Source: Marsupella aquatica
Lineage: Eukaryota > Plantae > Marchantiophyta
Length of the DNA: 64,000 nucleotides
Direction: 5' to 3'
Assembly: GCA_973895155.1 (NCBI GenBank)
Contig: OZ316899.1
Span: 5,521,241-5,585,240, forward strand
The first letter of the stretch is position 1, and each line of letters opens with the position of its first letter. Shown here piece after piece: positions 47,741 to 60,800 of this stretch. A program made the translations under genes and the position numbers. The notes below the pieces were generated by a model. The model saw nothing but the letters and a program-made list of their open reading frames with translations. It was not told the DNA's origin and did not search any database.

Positions 47741-50700
47741 ATGGGGGAAGAGGGTGATGACATGGAGACAGACATGGGGCTTGGAGAGTGGGGTGAAGAG
47801 GAAAGATTGGATATGGATGGAGACCCAGATGCAGGGGGCTCACAGAAAAATGCACCTGTGCAAGATGCACAGGGCCCTCATCAAGTCCCAGGTAGGTGGG
47901 CAGCTAGAGAGAAATCACATAATCCATACCCTAGAAGGAGCCAGAGTTATTGGCAAGGGACGCCTGATAATTATGATGATGACTATGATGGAGCAGAAGA
48001 TGGATGGGATGAATATGAACACCCAGAGCGTGGTAGAGACGGGTACAGAGGGCAATGGAAAGGTGAGGAGGATGATTGGACAAGTAAGTGCCTTGTGCTA
48101 GTGATTTTGTGATGATAGTAGAGATTTAGCTCAATATGCACTTATCTGATGTGTAGCTAGGGCAAAGAGTTTATCTTACAGGTCCATGAGTGTGGCATGT
48201 ACCTGTTGGTATGCAGACTCTGATTGGGACAATCACGAAAACAACAAAGGCCATCCACGTTCAGATAGGAGGCAATCATTCACAGGCGGGAGAAACGCCC
48301 CTAATTCATCAAGACAAAGCAATAGGACAGGTGGTCCAGAACCATCTATGCGCCAAGGGAGAGGTAACTTGGTCATTGCAGAATTGCTCTGAAGTCCACT
48401 GTATATTTGGCAGCGGGATTTATGATTCATACTTACCTAATGTAAGTGACTGTAAATGGATCCTGTAAATGTGCAGGGACTCCAGGGAGGTTTGGACAAT
48501 GCAATCCAGGCCGTGGGGGGAGATCAGGCCGTGGAGGGACCCCAGGCCGTGGGGGGACACCAGGCCGTGGAGGGACACCTAGTAGCGCTTCAGGGAGTAC
48601 CAAGGCAGGAGACAGTAACAAATTTGGTAAAGTAGAAGTGAATTCCGAAGGTTGGATAACTCCCACATGTGATGGTAAGAACCGTTGGCATTCTGACCTA
48701 AGAGGAGAAGTATTGCGTTGGTTAGATTTGAGCATTACAGAGTTTAGGAGTCAGAACAAAGCTGATTGGGCTGCTATCTGCAAGGACATTCTTGAACGGT
48801 GGGAGTATGTTGGTAATGATGGTAAGGGCCCAGTTGAAGATTGCATATCAGATTATGCAATGAGGATTTTGAAACAAGAGAGGCATAGGTTAAAAAGGAT
48901 GTGGATAGACAATGGTTCTAACAGGAGAATGCCACCACCCCCATCATTGGAACTGGATCAATGGACACGGTTAATCAAAGGGTTCATGTCGGAGGCTGGA
49001 CAGAGCAAGAGTGAACTGATGTCAAATGCTCGAGGCAAAGTGAAACACCTTTCACAGGCTGGGAGAGGAAGTTATGCTCCAGTGAAAGAACAATTGGTAA
49101 GGCAGTGACATGCCTGATAGTAAGCCTCAAACTTATCATCTTGCTACCATTATTATATTTTCATTGACAATCAACACTTGGTTTCATTCATATGTATGTT
49201 GATGTGGACTGCAGAAGAAATTGACAGGTGAAGAACCATCAGCACAAGAAGTGAGAGAGGAGTTCATGAAACAAAGGAGTGAGGTGACAAGTGTAACTTC
49301 CAAACAGGTGATTATGTTGTAATTCTGTATGTTCTGTGACTATTTGGCCTTGAGCATCAGAAAGAAATGTAGTAGGAAGTAAGCAACCAGTTCTTGGGGA
49401 CAGTTATCTGAGATATGTAAGCTGTGTTATGACAGGGAACTGTTACAACTCTCACAGAGATGTGTGAACGGTTGAAGTCATTAGAGTGTGGACTCCCTCG
49501 AGTGGAAAGTAAATTGGCTGATCGTTTGGATATTGTGGAGGCATCTGTAGCGAACCTTCTTGCATCAGTGGAATCTAATTTCAAGCTTGTGATTGAAAAA
49601 TTGGGTGGTTCCCAACCAAACAATGAGGGCAACATTGTACAAAGTGTGCCCTTGTTAACAAAAAAGGGAATTGGCAAATCTGACACAGGTATGGAAATGA
49701 CACCGGCCCATTGTTCATTGGGAATGTTCAAATGTTAGAAGTAAGTTTTCATGAATTGAGTGAATGGTTTGAATGCAGGAAGAGTGGAGGCAGAGAAGGA
49801 CCCTGTAATCAGTAAGCAGAAGGGCAAGAAGGTTGCTGAGACAGGTAACCTGCTATGATCCAATACATTACATTTGAAAAGTGCATGGAGTTTTGTGAAG
49901 CTTAAGCCGGTTGGAGGTAATCTTTTCTGTAAGAACTGGTTGGATGAATTGGGATCTGAAGTGACATCATGATTGATGTATCAGGTGATTCAAAGAGCAA
50001 TAATGAAGAAGATGTGCCCAGTGCCTCAGTGACCATAGCCAAGGAGGTATCAGGTAAGCTGATGCTTTAAATTCCTCTATATGAATGTTGAGCAACAATT
50101 CAGTGGTTAATAGATTCAACCTGAATATTGTGGTGTGTTTATTGATCAACAGAAGCAGACATGGAGCATATGGCAATGGCAAAGAAGGGGAAGAAGGCTG
50201 TTCATAATGGTAAGGAGATAGTGACAACTTTGTGGTTGGTGACATGTACATTTAGCACATGTGATGAGTGATTGACTTATGTTGGACATGACACTGAATT
50301 GTAGTTGATGCAGAGTTGACAGACTCTCAACCAAGTGGGAGTAGGGTGAAGCGACGTCGAAACTTGGGAGCAACATTGGATGCAAGTAAGATTGTAGATG
50401 CTTCAATTGAAGCAAGTACAATGTTGGCAGATACTGAGATGATGTCGCAGGGAAATCCTGCTACACAATCAGAAGTGTCAAATATGGATGCAGATTCTTT
50501 GAAGAAGAGTGTAGCCAATTCTCGATCACCAGCACAAAACACTCGTGCCAAAGTCATGACTCGCAACCAAGGTATGAATAATGTCATGTATAAGCCACCC
50601 AGGAAAGCCAAGAAAAACAGCCAGGGTAAGGTGGAGGTGATAGCCACAGCAGAGCCAGTCCATAATCTTCTATCATGGGAGGATGACTCGCAGGTATGTG

Positions 50701-50909
50701 TGGGTACAGGCATTTTGTGACCGGATCATGCAAAATTCCATGGCAAAGTGGTCCCGGATGACCATGTAGTAGTGTTGTTGACTACAGTGATTGTATCTGA
50801 TTGTAATTTGCCATTTCCGAATAGAGACGATGATCCACCTCAGGAAATAATTGCAGATGCAGTAGGATCTCTTGTGCTCTGGCCATCAGAGTGTGTTAGT
50901 CTGCAGTGA
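47741..50909 (+). pseudogene. Multi-exon TnpA-like gene
   Basis: Exons include 47741-48083, 48217-48363, 48477-49096 and ~50314-50909. KNRWHSDLRGEVLRWLD core and DDPPQEIIADAVGSLVLWP tail; in-frame TGA at 50718. Confidence 0.8.
48506..48580 (+). repeat. 18-bp coding tandem repeat x4 encoding (PGRGGT)n
   Basis: caggccgtgg(g/a)gggac repeated four times. Confidence 0.9.
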
Positions 50910-53900
50910 CTGAATGCAAGTGTAGATAGCATCATGTGAATTGTGTCACATTTTGACATTGCCTTGGAAAGATCCAAGAAATATCTGTACCAATTTTTCC
51001 ATTTGGTAAAGAGGATGAAGGAGACGTTGTGTGTGACATTGATATTTCTGAATTCTGTATGTATGAAACAAGTGATTGATGTCAAACTATGGCTCTATGG
51101 TGATTGTCTATGATACTTGAATCTATTTTATCATTTCAGTATTAGTGTGTATGGTATAGAGGAATACTTTGTGACCTTCTTTGTAGTCTATGAAGTTTGA
51201 ATCTGTGAATTCATATTAGTGTACATGGTATAGAAGATGGCTTTCTGAAACTATGTATTCTAATGTTAACATGATGAATGGTGAACTTATAGAGTGAGTT
51301 CATTCCAAGTACACAATAAAACATGAATGCAATATGTTATTTGTGCACAAGAGTGGGTTCATTCCAAGTAGTATAGTGGGTTCATCACTCATATCCAGTT
51401 GACATAAAAGACTTATACATACCCCACAAAGTATATTTAAAGACTACCCTCCATAACCTTTTTAGTCGTTCCCAACGACTCATCATCGCAGCCCATAAAA
51501 GACTAAAACCGACTCACCAAAGCTACCCACACAAAGACTAAAATAGACTGAAAATCCAGTCTATTAAACGACTTATAAACCAGTTCTATAAAGGACTCAG
51601 TTGATTATAGTAACAAAACATACGACTCGCAGTCCTATAAAGGACTAGAGTCCTTCCCAGTCGTTTCCAAGTCCTATACGGTACTGAATAGTCGTTTAAT
51701 GGGGTCTAAATACCCCCCGGTTTCTACTAGTGTGCTATGCTTCGAATCTGCTGCTGTGCTGTTGTGCTGCAAGCTGCGAATTGGTGGGCTATGGCTGTTG
51801 CAAAATTCTGCTGCGATTTTGAATCACTTGCAAGGCTGGATGGCTATGGAGGTGGACTGAGAAGGGTGTTGTAGACCTGGTTGAGCTATCAATTGACCTG
51901 CTGTCATTCGATCCAATAGAGAATGCTGTCGTTTCAGATTGAATTCAAGAGAGAGGAAAATGCTGCAAAAATTGGTGTCCTTATCAATCTTCTTCATAAG
52001 AAATGTGAGTATAATGAGAGTACTCTCCCCTCATGACACGTGGAATCCCCATAAGGGGCGTGTAAGGTTCAAGTGTAATCGGGTCGCCGCTTACACCCGC
52101 TTTACACCAAAAACAGGCCTTGGGAGAATGGGCATAACTTTGGCTAGGGGTATCCGTTGGGGTCCAAATTTTTTTGTGCTGAGTTAGGTGAAGGTGGAAA
52201 CCCAGAAAAATAATCACTCAAATATATTTTTAGCGGAGGCCACGAGGGGGTCCCCATAGCTTGCAAACAGGAGTCGGCATGGGGGAAGTAAGACCAGGTT
52301 TTTAGGCCGACACTTCTTGCACCCGTGTCACCCAAGTTAGGATACATGGAGAAGAGAGTACCTCAGGGTAAAGGTGCAAGGCCGTTAGGGTAAGGAAAGT
52401 AAGTTGATAGGTCGGGGTAGTAAGTAAGGACTAGTAAATAAGGAGCCAACTTTGACATGACACAACTTGAGACTCACTCACTCTTTTTGCGAGCTTTCAA
52501 GTGGGTTGGGAAGATGGTGAGGAGGACCATAAGTGAGAGTAGGTTTGGAGGTCAAAGCATGCAACTCATGTGTGGCATATTCCAGGGCTTGGAAGGAGTC
52601 AAGCAATAGGTTGTAGAGTGAACTACAAACTATAGAGTTGGACTTTGTGTGTTAGGAGGACTTGGGGGAGGAGTAGTTGGACCCCAGGTCAAGCTTGGTG
52701 TGGTGTGGAAAGAGAATAGTATATAAGGAGATAGTTTTCCTTTGTTAGGGACCGGGAGTCTCATCTCTTAAGTGGAATCTCTACCTTGCCAAGGTAGGGC
52801 TAAGCTTGAGAAGGGAGAGGTGGTCCATGCTTAGTGTGGAGAATGTGTAGTGAACTTTTGTTGTAAAGGTGATGCAATAAAAAGAGACTTGCCAATCTTC
52901 ATTGTGACCATTAAGTGTGAGTGCATTTGAAGTATATGAGAGCAAGAGAAGAGTCCATGCTATGATGTAATCTTGGTCTAAGCTTGAAGGGGATGTGCTA
53001 GTACAAAACCAAGGCCAAGAGGCAAGGTTAAGGTAGAGCACTACTTTGAGACTTAGAGAGGATTATAGCTTGAGGGTGGAAAGTATTTTGCTTGGTGTGT
53101 GGTGTTAACAAGAAGTAAGAACAAGAGGAAGAGTCCTTAGATAGAGGAGCCTTCTCTAGAGCTCAAAGGGGATGTGTGGACCCAAACCAAGGCCAGGGGG
53201 GCAAGATTGAGGGGTAACACTACTTTGAGGGTCTTGAGGAGACTTAAGCTTGAAGAGGAAAATACTTTGGTTCTTGGGTGTTTGTGTGAGACTCTTCTCT
53301 AAGGTGACAGCTTGGAGCGGAGATCCCCCTTGCTGATCCTTGGAGTAGAGGAGAGGGGAAGGGTGTGAGTACAAAAGTAGTCAAGGGGACTACCTCTCTA
53401 GAAGTGGAGAGTTGAAACTACTTATGTATGGAGTGATTAGTCATTGTAGGCACATTTCAGAAGTTTTGTCAATCCTTTGTGACCGTGGTATGATATGGAG
53501 CAGGTATTAGGTAGTCTTTTGGGGAGAAAAGCCGCTTAAGTTCCTTGACAAGTGTTTGACACCACAAAACAGGCCTAGTTGGTGGACAAGCTGACGAGCG
53601 ACACCCAGCAACTGGAGGAGGCATGCCAGGAGGCCGTGGAAGAGGCGAACGCGGCAAAGCGGGAAAACAAATCTCTGATGGACCAGGTCTAGCTACTCAA
53701 GCAGGACGCCGACAGGCTCAGAAGGCAGCGGGATAGCCGCTCCCACTCAGGCAGCTCTGGCAAGCGTGCCAGGCATTAGCGACGGAGTAGGATTAGAGTA
53801 GAGTTAGGAATAGCTAAATTAGGCTATAGGGACAAGCACCTGCCCTAGTTAAAGCAGCACTGCCATGCTGTACAACCTGCGTAGATTAGGATCTTCTAAT

Positions 53901-54675
53901 AAGACAAGCTATTTTCTGGCCTGACAGCCAGCTTAGTTAGGACCTTAGTTAGCAAATCTTTGGGTGCGAGGGCACTCCGTTCCTCGGCCCTTAGTATTTA
54001 GTGCACCCCTTGGTAGAGGCAGGGGGGTTTTTAGTCTCAGTGTTGGACATCCGCGGTATGTGCGGGGAGTCCCGACCTCTGGGAGTGAAAGAGTACCGAG
54101 AGGAGGGTGTGGGACTAAGCTCGCTGGGCAAGTGCGGAGCCGGGCTCCGTTGTAGTGTACACCCTTGGCCTTGGACCTGTTCATTCCAGAGCTTTCGGGT
54201 CAACTAAGTGTGCGCATATGTCTCCTATGTAGTAAAATTCTTCCCCATTATTTCCTTCGTGTAAATCAAGATTGTATGCTTGCATGTATGTGTATGTATG
54301 AATCTTGTGTATAGGTGCCAACGCTTGGCCGAATGCACTCCCAAGTCGGGCACAGGGTGCGACTTGCGGGTAGTGGTTGCGAGCCCGGGTTGAGTACCCA
54401 TATCATCGAATCCGGATCGAAGGCGGACAACATGAAGGCTTAGAAGCCCGTAAGCCGGGGTTGATCCTGTTGTCGACTGAGGTACGTTCCGGCGGCGGAA
54501 CACAAACCATACCTAGGAGGTGTCCGTATATGACCATAGGCGCACTTAGCGCTAGTTTACGTGAGTTAGGTGCATTCCGTGCATCCCTCCCTGCCTGAAT
54601 CCTCATTTTGACGAAGGATGTGCCTGTCTAAGCCAAAGCCCGGGTTAAGGCCTAGGCTGACGACATGACAATATA

Positions 54676-57033
54676 CTTCCCACAGTTGGTGTGGATTTCT
54701 CTTGCCGCCCAGGACTTCATCACTACTGCTACTAAATCAAAGACTTTTCTATGTACTACCAAACTATAGAACCAATGGAGTTTCCGCACCGGACAGTTGG
54801 GATGGGTGGTATTTCCATCTGTCATGAGGGCCACATAATGGGGGTGGCCAACGTGCTCCCGCTCCAGTTCAGACAGCAAGATTTGTGTGACTCTGTTGTT
54901 GGCCCTTCCTCCCAATCTAAAATACAAGTTTGTGGGTTGGGTGAACCCAATGGCTCCCGACCATTCAAAGAATGGAAGCATAAATCTGATCCGGACCGGG
55001 ATGTCATACCAAATCCGATCGTAGTCCTTCGGACAAATGGTCCTCTTGTTAATCCCTACTGCGGCCAAAATAACACGGAGGGTTTCCAACCCCATAGCTT
55101 CATCAACTTCAATAGCATTTCAAGATGCTATCTTCTGCCCTATGAATAGTTTCCACAAGTTTACACTCACCTTCTTGAGTTGTTCCAGCCTCCTCTTGTG
55201 CACCGAATTTGCCAGTGCATCCTTCAATAACTTAGCTGCCGTGGCAGCCTCATGCCGTAGGCTCTGTACTTCTAGGTCCTAGGCCTCGTAAGTGTCCGTC
55301 GGAATCCGGACCACCTTACTGCATTGCTGGACAAGCTCCTTACTTGCTACTTCCTGTAGCCATCTCTTCCTCTCCTTTTCTCTTCTTTCTCCTTCTTCTT
55401 CCAACGTAGCAACGTATGCCTGCTTCTCCTCTAATTGTCCTTGTAGCTCTTGATTGACTCTCCTTACTTCTTGGAGATTCTCCTCACACTCCAAAGCCCC
55501 CAGTCTAGCTAACGCCTCTTTCTCTACAAGCTCTTCCATTCTTTTCCCCTGCACCATCAGCTGGTCGGACAGTTGGAGTGCCAATTGTTCTCCTTCCCCT
55601 ACTCTTTGCTCCAACTCTTCAATTACCCTTTGCAACTCATCAGCCTTTTGCTGGGACACAGAACCGCACTTTGCATGTTGGGTGGTTACCTCCTTTAACT
55701 CCTCTTCGGCGATCGACAAGAGGTGACTCCATTCTTCCTCCTTGTCAGCCAGCAGCTCTTGCATCTTCTTTCTCTCCTTTAGGGCCTTTCCTAACTTGAC
55801 CTTTAGGGCCTGTGTCCCAACCTTCTCTGTCCAGACCACCTCCAGGGCTTGCTGCAGGGCTGTGGTTGTTTCCTCATTTTTCTCCCTCGCTTTGTCGAGC
55901 AATCCCTCTGAGTCCTCCAGCTGTTTCAATGCAAGCTTGTTAGATTTGGACTTCTTATGTACCTTTACGAGGAGTCGCTCAACCTTCTCTTTTGCTACCC
56001 TCAACCTCTCCATGTCCCACATCTTGCCTTTAGATTCCAAGACTGCTATCCTTGCCATTGCCTTGCTCTCCTTCAAATCCCTCAACCAGTAACGTAGATC
56101 CCTGGCGTTGGGGATTGGCTTCCTATGAACGCCAGACGTTGGGTGGGAGTCCTCAACTCTGCCAGATTGGTGGTATCTGGAAGTTCGAACAACGTGGGTT
56201 GTTGGAAGGTGGCATTCCTCCCTTCTTCTTCTTCTTCTTCTTCATCTTTGTCTTCATTTTCCTCCAGGAGGGTTACTGCCCTCCGTTTCCTCTTGAGGCT
56301 CTTGAGACATTGCTCGGCCTGCTCACTCAAGTTTTGTAAGGCTTCTGCTCCTCCCTCACTCTCTACATCCGAGTTTTGAGGTGCTTTGCCCTCCCTTCCT
56401 CCTTGTCAGTCTCAAAATCCTCTTCATTGTATTTTGGTGGATCCACATTAACATTAGTTGTGGATCCCAACTCCGCCCTTACTAGTACTATCTCTTGGGC
56501 TTCTTCTTGATCTTCTGAGTCTGATTCGCTTGAGTCCAAATTGTCCGGTGGAGCTCTACTAACCGTCTCCAGGATCTCAAAAACATTGTGTACTACAACT
56601 CCTAGTTGATACGGTAATAGTGACGGGAACTTTGGACAGCCCTTTGCATTGATCACAGCGGATACACTTGCCTTCCATAGTTGAAGTGGATGGAGGGATC
56701 CCACGAATAGGGCCCTTGCGATGGCAATTCTTGGTAGTGTGGCATGATGGTACCCGCTCTTAACCATCACCCACTTGGTGCAAAACTCTATGAAGTTGCG
56801 ATACTCCTTCTGCTGGATGGCGCCATACTGTATATTTCCCCAACTTATCTGGACCTCCGCCTATTGCAAGAAGCTCTGTGGTAAAGTGGTCAGATGGTTA
56901 AATAACACTTTAACCTCTAAAGACCTGAATTCATTCCCTGTAAGAGTTAATGAAAAGCGAATTGGTACTGAAAAGAGCAAATAAAAGGTTGATTCGGCAT
57001 AACCTCGCTAGGGATTTCTCTCTCTCCAGAGGA
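54676..57033 (-). pseudogene. Element-X long ORF(s): globular region, acidic linker, long coiled coil and C-terminal domain
   Basis: Fragments 56363-56770, 56082-56330, 55279-56085 (E/K/Q heptads) and 54652-55095. The last continues to ~30876 after removing family-R copy A. Confidence 0.6.
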
Positions 57034-57843
57034 TTGATAGTAATCAATGCACAAAAACTAATAATTAAAGAAAGACATGGAAAAGGACTAGTAAGAATGT
57101 CTTATCAATTGACTCATGAGAAGAGATGATGGAAAATGACGATCCCCAGTGAATCAACAAGATTCTGGATTTTTAAGATTCAGAATGCAACAAAGCTCAT
57201 AACATGGTCAAATTAGAATAGACATCAAACATTAACTAGAAATTTACACGGAGATCTAGATATCAAACCAAGAATACTTTAGGGTCAACAAGTGGTGACG
57301 GTACTAGAATGTCTGAATTGGTATCTTCTCACACAAGGATTTCTAGATTGTCAAATTGATAACTTCTCAATCAAATTTAGATAATTACTCATGGAAAGCA
57401 AACATTCCAGTTCAACTACTGAAACAGTAGGAGTTCAATGCTACCTAGAATCCATATGAGTAATTCAAATAAGAATCTAACTTCAAAGTATGATGACAAA
57501 ATTTCTAAGTATTAACTTCTCAACAGGAGAAGGAGTCTGCAGTTCTACTCACAACAGGTCAAGGCTCAACAGGAGCACCTGAGGAGGAGCTTCTATGCTT
57601 CTAACAAAAACTGAGAACTAAGGGAAAATGGATCTGTCTTCCTCCTAAGGTGCACAAAGGAAAGATCCCAAAAGTCACAAAGTATCACTTCCGATTTTCA
57701 TGGAAAAAAATAACTGTCAATAAAAATCCAGAAATGAGAACAAAGGAAAATCCAGAAATGGATGTAAGGCAAAATCCAGATTCTGATTTCCGGTTCTACT
57801 ACTAAATCCGGATTTAGATCCTAGTCGGATCCGGAAATGCTAA

Positions 57844-60800
57844 CTAACTAACTAAAACTACTAAGCTACTGAGTGGGCTATCATCTTCTACATCTACTCT
57901 AACTGACGCATGTGTAAGATCAACTGGACTAACAGGTTTCAGAGAAGGAGGTGTCCCTAAACTTGCAGTAGCCTCCAGGTCCTTCAGATCAAAATGTGAA
58001 CCACGTGCTAGACTGATAGTCGGAGGTGACACTGACGGAAAATGGAACTCAACCTTATCAAATCCGGGTGGGGTGCCTCCTACTTCATTTTCAACTCGAA
58101 GCACTGGAGAAGTTCCGGAGTCCGGAATCCGGATTCTGGCAGGGGTCAACATGGACTTCACATCCAAAATTACTTTCTCCATCTGATCAAACGCTCCTGC
58201 GATCTTCTTGGCAAAGCGGTTATTGCACTCAATAACCTTGACAAGGGTGCCTGGGTTGGCTGTCACTAAATACTTATCTATCAGGTTGTGTGACGTCACC
58301 GGTACGGTGGCTAATGAATGATTTGGCCTAACCACGCTTAGCACGTGCAATAGAGGTATCTTAGGCCGTAATTATTAGCATAACAAGAGTATTTAGGTAG
58401 CCATTATGAGTAGGAAATCATTAGTCAATAAGGGGCATTCGTGTTTGGGCTGGCGGCGGGTCGCCATTCGCACGCCCGGGTTGCAAGCGTGTAATGGGCC
58501 CTCCCTTTCCCCCTTAGGTCCGTATAACAAACTTTGGGAGGCGGCCACTGACACGCGCTGACCCGGACTGGCGGAGTGGCCGGTACACTGCAAGCATGAA
58601 AGGCTCGGCCTATAAGTGATGAGGAGGCGACGGGCGATCGACGAGCTCTCAGGGTATAAAAAGGGGGCCGATCCTTTGCAGTGCACCAGTTCTTCAGTCC
58701 ACGCGCCAGCTTCGACCCTAGTTCTCTCGCTTATCCTTATTCGCCTTCCATCTCCTCTGAATATCGCACACGATCCTTTCCAGTTTGGCCATACAATTTT
58801 GGACGCAGTTCCTGTCTATCGGAGGGCACTGCTGGCTCGTTGAAACACGCCAACCCGCGACGATACAAGATCAAACTCGAGTACGAGAGAGCCATCCGCC
58901 TAGCAGGCCGCCATCACTATCTCCTTAACTTTGATTACCCGTCCTAGAGCAAGCTTTACCGATCCAAAGAAATATCAGGGAACTTCTTCAACGGAGGCAA
59001 ATATATCGGCTTCTGGGAGGCATTGCTTCAGCTCCCGGACAAGGTCTTCAATATCTCGGGCACGATCAACTTACAACGGCACCACTTTGACCACATCCCC
59101 GCTCGGGTCTGGGACATCATCAACAGCGAGTCCAGGGCTACCCAATCTACAAGGGCGTCTACACTTGCATCAAAAAACCTCTATCGGCACCTACAGAATT
59201 TCATGGCAACTACATCATCGACCACCGGTGCCAGCCCAGCCATGCCCGTACCCGCACTAGTCCAGGCTCAGGCTTAGGCTCAGCCTCAGCCTTAGCCTCA
59301 ACCTAGCCGATCCCCACCGTCGGTCGCCCCGCCAGTACAAGTACGTTCCATCGTCAATGTTGTGGACCTCAGTGACGATGAAGACGATACCTTACCCCTG
59401 CTCAGGTGGCCTAGAGGAGCAAGCACCCAGGGAGCCGACACTACATCGCCCCTTCCCCAGGCCCGGACCCGAGTAGCGGCTCCAGCGGATAACACGGTGA
59501 TTGTAGCCCCAATACTAACGGCGGTGGCACTACCCATACTCGATTGGGAGGATGGGGAGGTGTCACCCTCCCGGAGCCATCACGGGAGCCAGTCTTGGGG
59601 AAAGAAGAGGAAGGAACCCGCAGCTGTATCCGGGCTACCCATGGCCACGGTAGCCGCGGGCAAGGTAACAATGCACCGCATGGGGGAAAACGTGCATAAG
59701 AACATCCTCCACCCCAAACATGCGGTGTACTTGAAGACTCAGGGGTTTGAGCACCTCGTCTCTCTCCCCTGGAACACCTGCAGATATTACGGGGAGGACA
59801 TGATGGAGTTCGTCAAGAATTATGACGATGTCCGTCAACATACTCGGCTACGGGGGAGGATATGTCCCTCACCGAGGAGCGGCTCAGGATGATCTTCGGG
59901 CTACCCAAGGGCGATCACCGAGTCGAATCACGGGCTCCCAGCGGCAAGGGAGCCAAGTACCAATCCTTGAGTTTTCCCTCCGAGGGGCTAGTGGACAATG
60001 GGTTTGTGATGAGGACCTGCCTCATCCCCGAGATAGTTGAGCGGCTGGAGTTCCAGAGGTACGCCCTCCACATGATGGAACCCCGGGGCGAGATCTCCGC
60101 TGCCCAGGTTATCCAGGTTGAGAACTATCAACCTAGGAAGTGGGCTTTGTACTTCGCTAAGAAGTTCCATGAAGAGATGGAGCGGCAAAGGAAGTTGCTA
60201 TACATCGGCGGGAAGGCGTATTTTGCGAGCCACATCGAGATCATTCTCGAGTGGTACGCCCGGTTTGATCAACGAACCCTTCCCTGGGTCAACATAACTA
60301 AGTTGGTCCCGACTAAGTGGATCTTCCCGGCCTTCGAGAGATGGCCTCAACCCGAGGCCTCACCCATCCAACCTCCACAGGTAGCGGTAGCCGTGGCCGA
60401 AGAAGTACCAGAAGAGGCAGTGATCGCAACCTTAGATGCAATCAACCAGGTCGGGCCTGGTGCAGAAGTTGGGGTGGTGGAGGCCTTGCCCGAGCCCGAG
60501 GGTCCAAAAGACCCACCAATGGCTATTCCAGAGGACAGCCCGATGTGGAGGACACTCCAGCCCCTTCCAACACTACATCCCCAGGGCTGGATGTCACTAT
60601 CCCGGCTCCCACGCGAGTTAACGTCTGCCCGAGCCCAACTCCAGACGGGCATAACCTGGACCACCCGGAACTCTTCGTACCGGGTACATTTCTAAATGGG
60701 CTTTTGGGAGATTTCTCCCAACAGATAGCCCAAGATACTGGGGAGTTCATGGCTCGGAAGGTAGCCTACTTCTTCAATCAGGAGTTGGTTACCGTAATAA

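Larger units (their letters stand above)
35187..51732 (+). mobile_element. CACTA (En/Spm) transposon copy 2, 16.5 kb, with intact cargo cassette
   Basis: TIR CACTAGTAGAAACCGGGG..TTTAGACC at both ends; TSD TGC at 35184-86 and 51733-35; AAGACT subterminal repeats. Confidence 0.96.
33847..53566. mobile_element. Solo-LTR-like element Y (~3.2 kb net), host of CACTA-2
   Basis: Interrupts the family-R ORF between ...EVT and KQA... Starts TGTGG and ends either CCACA (53566, no TSD) or TTTGACA (53561, degenerate TSD TCACC/CCACA). Confidence 0.7.
30993..54670 (+). mobile_element. Family-R solo-LTR-like element, copy A (~4 kb net), split by element Y and CACTA-2
   Basis: TGTGACGT start and CATGACA end; TSD GTATA/ATATA (1 mismatch). 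Collinear with 58289-62244. Confidence 0.88.

Noticed and set aside
55279-56085. Host myosin/SMC-like gene
   Set aside because: Generic coiled coil within a frameshifted, intronless TE ORF.
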